Shown piece by piece: positions 58,527 through 64,000 of a stretch of DNA of 64,000 nucleotides. The stretch spans positions 1,280,001-1,344,000 of the forward strand of contig OZ241744.1 in assembly GCA_965200965.1 (NCBI GenBank), given 5' to 3'. A model generated the notes under the pieces. It did not search any database. It was given only the letters and a program-made list of their open reading frames with translations, and had not been told where the DNA came from. Every line of letters begins with the position of its first letter. Positions within the stretch are counted from its first letter, which is position 1. The position numbers and the translations under genes are program-made. The stretch is from an uncultured Candidatus Binatia bacterium. GTDB taxonomy: Bacteria > Desulfobacterota > Binatia > Bin18.

Positions 58527-59801
58527 ATGGATGCTGCACGCCCGCCCCGCCCCGCCCAACCTCCTAGACCGTGGTACACGAGCTATGCCGGGGTCATTGT
58601 GCTGATCGGGGTGCTGGTCAATCTGACGACGAGTTTCCTTCAATACGCGCCAAACCTGACCCTGCCAGCGATACAGGCTAGCCTGTCTCTATCGTATACC
58701 CAGGCCGGCAGCCTGGTCACGGGGGCCTGGATGTTGCGCGTTCCGTGCTCTTTTTTGGCCGGGATGCTCAGCACCCGCTATGGCAGCCGGCACCTGATCG
58801 GCCTGAGTACGCTGATCGCCGGGGCGTCCATGCTGCTGTTAGGGGGGGCGAGCCATTTCTGGATGGCGCTGGCGGCGACCTGCCTGATGGGGGCGGCAAC
58901 CGGCATCGCCATTATTCCGACGATGGGCCTGCTCGGGCCCTGGTTTGACTCACGCACGCGGGGGCTGGCCGCCGGCCTGGCCTCGGCCGGTGGCAGCGGT
59001 GCCTTTGTAGTAGCCGGCCTTGTGGTCCCCGCCCTGACATCCGCCTACCTGACATTGGGCTGGCGTTACGCTTGGGCGGTGTTTGGCCTCGCCACGGTCC
59101 TGATTGGCGCGGCGGCCCTGGTCTATGTGCGAGAACGGCCAGCCGGGGCACTCCCGGCCATGTCGGCCGCGGGGCCGTCGCCGGGTCGGCGATGGCCGGT
59201 CGAGGTGTACCGCAATCCCCTGGTGTGGTTGATGAGCTTCATGGTGTTTTGCTCGGGCTGGTCGCAGGGCGTCTTTAATACCTTTCTGGGTGCCTATCTG
59301 TCTGAGGAGAACGGTGTCGATCTGACGGTCGTTGGACATTTGCTCATCCTGATCGGGGTGCTCAGCATTGGTAGCGGGATTGTCTGGGGACGGGTGTCGG
59401 ACTGGATCGGACGCAGCTTGGCGTTTCTGTGCGTTTTTGTGGTCCAGGGGGTCGGGCTGGCTCTGGTCTGGCTCAATCCTGTCCCGGGCGCTTTGGTAAT
59501 TGCCGCGGTGCTCATCGGCCTTACCCACCGCGCCACCTTCACCATATGCGCCGCCTCAGCCGGCGACTTTGTGCCGGTTCACCTGTCCTCGGCCGCCTTC
59601 GCCCTGATGTCCACCGGGGCCGGCTCGGGAGTGATGCTGTCACCGAGCATTGCCGGCGGCTTAGCTGACGCCAGCGGCAGCTTACAGGGAACTTTTGCCG
59701 TAGCGCTCGGCGGCTCGCTGGGCGGTGCCCTTGGCAGCACGCTGTTGTATGGGATAATGCGGCGTATGTGCTTGAGAAAGGACGAGAGCGATGGACGATA
59801 A
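58527..59801 (+). CDS. MFS transporter
   Basis: About 12 TMs, G.LS.RYG.R and GRVSDWIGR motifs. Confidence 0.9.
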   Translation: MDAARPPRPAQPPRPWYTSYAGVIVLIGVLVNLTTSFLQYAPNLTLPAIQASLSLSYTQAGSLVTGAWMLRVPCSFLAGMLSTRYGSRHLIGLSTLIAGASMLLLGGASHFWMALAATCLMGAATGIAIIPTMGLLGPWFDSRTRGLAAGLASAGGSGAFVVAGLVVPALTSAYLTLGWRYAWAVFGLATVLIGAAALVYVRERPAGALPAMSAAGPSPGRRWPVEVYRNPLVWLMSFMVFCSGWSQGVFNTFLGAYLSEENGVDLTVVGHLLILIGVLSIGSGIVWGRVSDWIGRSLAFLCVFVVQGVGLALVWLNPVPGALVIAAVLIGLTHRATFTICAASAGDFVPVHLSSAAFALMSTGAGSGVMLSPSIAGGLADASGSLQGTFAVALGGSLGGALGSTLLYGIMRRMCLRKDESDGR

Positions 59802-60408
59802 ACAGCGCGCCGCTGCTAACGAGCGCCAACGCCAGGCTTTTGATAGAGTCTATCCCTCCTTTCTGGTACCCCTGCCGCAGGATGTGCTTGAGCGAATGGG
59901 ACGCATTATTGCGGCCGCGGCTATCCGGCCCAATGAGACCGTCCTAGATGTCGGGACCGGAACCGGGGCACTGATTCCCCAGATCCGAATCTGTCGGCCC
60001 GGTCGGATCGTCGCCTGCGATTTGTCTGGGAAAATGCTGGAGCAGGTGGCAGAGCGCTATCCCGAGGTCGAGCGTCACCAGTGCGATATCGCCGATCTGT
60101 CCCTGCCGGCAGTGTGTGTTGATGTGGTTTTTATGAACGGCATGTACGGCAACATTGCCGATAAAACCAAGGCCCTCGGCAATATCGCGCGGATGCTGCG
60201 GCCGGGCGGGCGGGTCGTGATTAGCCACCCGGAAGGCCGAGCCTATGTTGAGCGTCTAGTCAAAACCGACCCCTATCCAGTGACACCGCTGCCCAATGAG
60301 GAAGAAGCCCATACGTTTTTGGGCACGTTTGGGCTGAGGATTGGTCACTACACCGACGAAGAACGCCTGTTGATTGTGGTGGCGGTCAAAACGAAGGCAC
60401 CAGCCTGA
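59791..60408 (+). CDS. Class I SAM methyltransferase
   Basis: VLDVGTGTG, DLS..ML, LRPGG. Confidence 0.9.
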   Translation: MDDKQRAAANERQRQAFDRVYPSFLVPLPQDVLERMGRIIAAAAIRPNETVLDVGTGTGALIPQIRICRPGRIVACDLSGKMLEQVAERYPEVERHQCDIADLSLPAVCVDVVFMNGMYGNIADKTKALGNIARMLRPGGRVVISHPEGRAYVERLVKTDPYPVTPLPNEEEAHTFLGTFGLRIGHYTDEERLLIVVAVKTKAPA

Positions 60409-60439
60409 CCCCCACACCCGCCCATCAGGAGTGTATTAT

Positions 60440-60850
60440 ATGCCTGCGCCATTCTCCGGCGGTTGTTTGTGTGGCAGCGTCCGTTATGCGTGTTCGATGG
60501 AACCCTTGGCCACGCTGAAATGTCACTGTCGTGATTGTCAGCGAAACAGCGGAAGCGGCTTTGCCATTGTGTTGGCGGTCCAACGCGCCTCGCTCACGTT
60601 CCAGCGTGGCCGGCCCAAGCGGCACCCGACGCGCGCCGACAGCGGGAACACCGTGTGGAGCGAGTTCTGCCCCACCTGCGGCTGCCAGTTGTTCGCCGGC
60701 AGTTCGGCCAATCCAGACTTTTATGGCATCAAGGTGAGCAGTTTGGATGACTCCGGCTGGGTCACACCGACGGGCGATATTTGGACGGACAGTACTCAGC
60801 CGTGGGATTATCTGGACCCGGCGCTGCCAAAAGCTCCACAGAATCTGTAG
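60440..60850 (+). CDS. GFA (CENP-V) family protein
   Basis: GGCLCG, CHCRDCQR, FCPTCG. Confidence 0.92.
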   Translation: MPAPFSGGCLCGSVRYACSMEPLATLKCHCRDCQRNSGSGFAIVLAVQRASLTFQRGRPKRHPTRADSGNTVWSEFCPTCGCQLFAGSSANPDFYGIKVSSLDDSGWVTPTGDIWTDSTQPWDYLDPALPKAPQNL

Positions 60851-60867
60851 TGGGTCAGTCTCCGCGG

Positions 60868-61584
60868 TCAGTCTTCCTGGCCGTGGGTCACGCCGGCGGC
60901 CTGCAAAGCGTGTAAGCGTTGGCCAACCTCCTCGGCATTGGGAGCGTAGGGGGCAAGTTCCAGGAAGGTCTGGTAGGCCGCGATAGCGTCTTGGCGCTGA
61001 CCCTGGCCGGCCAGCGCCTCGCCCAGATTGGCATAGGCGGGAGGATAGTCCGGGTCCAGGCGAACCGCCACCCGCCAAGCCGCGATTGCCCCGTCAACAT
61101 CGCCTTTTTGCGCCAGCAGATAGCCGTAGTTACTGTGCAGAGCAGCGGACTCGGGCACCAGCCGCAGGGCGGCCCTATAGGCCTGCAAGGCACCGTCCAT
61201 CTCTCCCTGTTGGCGCAGGGTATCGCCGAGGTCGGCAAAGGCGTTAGCGTTGTGCGGGTCAAGCTTGGTCGTGGTCAGCAGATGGGTAAGCGACTCTTCT
61301 AACTCGCCCCGGTCGCGGAGGGCCAGGCCAAGCAGATAGTGGGCTTGGCTCAGGTTTGGGTCATGGATCAGCGCCTCGCGCCAGTGGGTCATAGCCCGGT
61401 CAATTTGGCCACTCCGGTACATTTTCTCGGCGACAATAAGCGAGGCTTGGGCCAAGGTCTGCTGACGCTCTTGGGGCGTGAGCCCACGGCCTTGGGCCAA
61501 GGCCGCCGCGCCCGTCACCAGCAGGCCAAGCACCCCGGCTAGGCCAAGCGCGCGCGTGGTTCTCTGAATGTCCAGGACAGCCAT
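60868..61584 (-). CDS. Exported TPR protein
   Basis: Signal peptide plus several TPR repeats. Confidence 0.88.
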   Translation of the reverse strand: MAVLDIQRTTRALGLAGVLGLLVTGAAALAQGRGLTPQERQQTLAQASLIVAEKMYRSGQIDRAMTHWREALIHDPNLSQAHYLLGLALRDRGELEESLTHLLTTTKLDPHNANAFADLGDTLRQQGEMDGALQAYRAALRLVPESAALHSNYGYLLAQKGDVDGAIAAWRVAVRLDPDYPPAYANLGEALAGQGQRQDAIAAYQTFLELAPYAPNAEEVGQRLHALQAAGVTHGQED

Positions 61585-61589
61585 TGGCC

Positions 61590-62921
61590 TCAGGCCACTG
61601 CACCGGCTTTTTTGGGATCAATCCAGCCCGCCTCGCGCATCAACTCTTGGACCTGCGCGGTGTCCGCGGCGGTGGGCAGGACCTCTTCCAGGTGGCGGGC
61701 ATATGCCTCTTGACCCAGCAGATCTCCGTGGACACTGTACGGCTGGCCGGCGGAATCGCCAATCTGACGACCAAAGGTCATAGCAGGAATATACAGCTTG
61801 GGCTGATCCTCGTCCACCAGCAGGTTGAGGGTTGTCAACCAGACCGAGACATTCCTGATAGAACAGGCGGCGCGCACACTCGTTGAGTCGCTCCATGTCC
61901 GCCGGCTCAGCCGACATGTTCTCATCAAAGCGGCCTTTGACCCCCCAGACATACGCCCAGTGGGCCGACGAGGAGTGATCGGTGCCAACAGGTCATAGGC
62001 CACCGGCAGCCATTTATTAAAATACTTCTGGATGAGGGGGACGGGGATTTTTTGGGCGCGCAGGAGGCGCTTGAGGCCGGTGTGGCCGGTACCGAGGTGG
62101 AACTGTTCTTCTTTGAGCATCAGCCCGATGCTGCGGGCAAACGGAGCAAAGGCCGAAAAACTCTCCATTTTGAACTGATACTTGCCGTCCCGGTCAAGAA
62201 ACTCGGTAAAGGCGTACATATCCAGCCAGTTGCGGATGGCCTCATTAAATGCCCCCAGCAGGCGTGTTTTTTTGAAGGCCCGCCGCTCCAGTAGCTTCTG
62301 CGCCTCGAGCTTGCCGCTGGTGCCAAAATACCTCACCAGCAAATAGGCCATCTGCCAAGCGTGGCACGTCTCTTCGCAGATAATGCGGGCTGGGCTGCGG
62401 CGGTCAAAGTCGGACGGCGCGGTATCGAACAGCGCACGCTGTTGCTCGGTTGATGCAAACTCGGTGTCGCCCTGCACCCGAATCAGGTTGAGCAGCGCAT
62501 CCCGAATCCGTTGGTCGGGCACCTCCAGGAGATTTTCCCATCTTTTGTGGCCGGCGTAGGCCCCAAACTCGATCTCGGACTGATCCAGCCGGCCAAACTT
62601 GATCTCCCCCTGATAATCGCCCAATTCCCCGACATCCAGCCCAATATCTTTTTGCCAGCTTTTGAACAGGTCCATCCAGTAGTTGTACTTGAACTGGGGC
62701 GACACCCGGTTGAGCATCTCAACATCGGCCCCTGCCGAAAAAAACATATCGCCCACCCCGCGCAGCACCAGGACGGACACCTCAGCGTCAAACCGGGCGC
62801 ACAGAATCGCCCGGTCCAACTCAGTCATCATCTCGTAGGAATAGGTATTGGCCGGCGGATTATCACATTCAAGAAGCGCAATGCCGTGCTGGGTGGAATA
62901 GCGGACCAGGGGCTGCTCCAT
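61590..62921 (-). pseudogene. Chimeric remnant: enoyl-CoA hydratase N-terminus fused to a BoxB/PaaA-like di-iron epoxidase, with two compensating frameshifts
   Basis: NPPANTY...FSAGAD (crotonase), then WMDLF..WQKDIG, GDTEFASTEQQ, EETCH, EEQFH. The natural DLFGTDHSSSAHWAYVWG segment is out of frame between about 61988 and 61830. Confidence 0.8.
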
Positions 62922-63000
62922 GCCTGTCTCCTTCTGTCACAGCGGGCCGTAAGGTCACTCACAGGAGCGTCTGAGTCTGGCAAAAAACTTTTTCTCATGC

Positions 63001-63030
63001 CTTGACCCCGGTCTGACGGGGCTTACATTT
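63001..63030 (+). promoter_or_regulatory. Possible sigma32-type heat-shock promoter
   Basis: CTTGAC...CTTACATTT about 60 nt upstream of the hsp20 pair. The spacer contains a CCCCG/CGGGG inverted repeat. Confidence 0.4.
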
Positions 63031-63090
63031 GGCCCAGACAGCGAGGACCGGTCCCCCGCGGAGATCACAGTCACACGAAAGGAGTTTCTC

Positions 63091-63540
63091 ATGGCACGCT
63101 TCCAATTCTCCCCTGAATTTGACCCTCTGAACGCCCTGCTGCGCCTCCAGCGCGAGTTTGAGCAGGTGTTTGAAAACCCCCGGGGCTTTGACATGAGCCT
63201 GTCGGGACGGGGGGTCTTCCCGCCCGTCAACATCCTGCAAGACGCCGAGGGTACCTATGTCGTCCGCTTTGAGATGCCCGGCGTGGCGCTCCAGGATATC
63301 AGCATCGAAAGCCACGGCCGCACCCTGGTCCTGAGCGGCAAACGGGACGCCTCAACCGACCCTAACGGCGGCTTCCACCGGCGCGAACGCGGTGCGGGCC
63401 AGTTCTCCCGCTCGTTCCAACTCCCGACCGAGCTGGACCTTGACCGGGCCGAGGCTTCCTACAAGCAGGGCCTCTTGACCCTCCGCATCCCCAAACACGC
63501 CGCGGCAAAACCCCGGCAGATCATCATTGAGGCGGCCTAG
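63091..63540 (+). CDS. Hsp20/alpha-crystallin small heat-shock protein
   Basis: FPPVNI, MPGV, RRER..GQFSRSF.LP, GLLTLRIPK, KPRQI. Confidence 0.93.
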   Translation: MARFQFSPEFDPLNALLRLQREFEQVFENPRGFDMSLSGRGVFPPVNILQDAEGTYVVRFEMPGVALQDISIESHGRTLVLSGKRDASTDPNGGFHRRERGAGQFSRSFQLPTELDLDRAEASYKQGLLTLRIPKHAAAKPRQIIIEAA

Positions 63541-63585
63541 GCCAAGACGGCCGCCCAGATCGACCACCAGGAGGAGGACAGACTC

Positions 63586-63984
63586 ATGGCAGAACAAGAA
63601 CTGACCACCCAGCAGAAACAAGAGATGCAAGCCGAAGAACAGACCCGACCGGGCCGGACCTACCTGCCACCGGTCGATATTTTCGAGACCGATAACGCCC
63701 TGTGGCTGTGGGCCGACATGCCCGGCGTGCAAGAAGACTCAATCGAGATCAATGTGGACAGAAACATGTTGTCAATTGAGGGCCGGGTTGGCCTGGAAGA
63801 CTACCGGGACTTGGCCCCGGTCTACATCGAGTACCGGGTCGGCAACTACCAGCGCCGTTTCACCCTGTCCAACGCGATTGACACCAACAAAATCCACGCC
63901 CGGCTGACCGACGGTGTCCTGGAACTCGAACTGCCCAAGGCCGAGAACGCCAAACCCCGGCGGATCGCTATCCAGACCGGCTGA
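63586..63984 (+). CDS. Hsp20/alpha-crystallin small heat-shock protein
   Basis: PPVDIFE, ADMPGV, Y.RRFTL, GVLELELPK, KPRRI. Confidence 0.93.
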   Translation: MAEQELTTQQKQEMQAEEQTRPGRTYLPPVDIFETDNALWLWADMPGVQEDSIEINVDRNMLSIEGRVGLEDYRDLAPVYIEYRVGNYQRRFTLSNAIDTNKIHARLTDGVLELELPKAENAKPRRIAIQTG

Positions 63985-64000
63985 CAGCCTCACCGGGCAC

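Noticed and set aside
62950-62985. CIRCE/HAIR operator upstream of hsp20
   Set aside because: CACTC...GAGTC spacing and arms do not fit TTAGCACTC-N9-GAGTGCTAA or CTTGAGT-N7-ACTCAAG.

Overview
GC-rich bacterial chromosome segment. The gene content suggests a Binatia/Desulfobacterota-like, possibly host-associated organism, but this is inference only. Housekeeping blocks: class II RNR nrdJ with tandem NrdR boxes, hpt, trxA, mreBCD-mrdA-rodA, ppiD, hopanoid genes hpnA/B/G, larC and two hsp20 genes. Highlight 1 (26-32.4 kb, minus strand): a divergent copper membrane monooxygenase (CuMMO) operon in the order pmoD-xmoC-xmoA-[unknown 95-aa ORF with signal peptide, N-terminal His and one TM]-xmoB, followed by a two-domain multicopper oxidase and a His-rich cupredoxin. 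It keeps the CuB, CuC and CuD ligands but lacks several normally conserved PmoA/PmoC residues. A likely lanthanide-type PQQ alcohol dehydrogenase lies about 3 kb away. Highlight 2 (38.4-48 kb): a Caulobacter-like ceramide/anionic sphingolipid cluster (spt, bcerS, cerR, cpgA/B/C-like) with an embedded desaturase. Highlight 3: two peroxiredoxins split by an in-frame UGA at the catalytic Cys, each followed by a SECIS-like hairpin. Highlight 4: an AT-rich two-gene insert with integron-cassette-like ends. Several pseudogenes are also present. No tRNA, rRNA, CRISPR array or transposase was recognised. All family assignments come from motif recognition by eye, not database searches.
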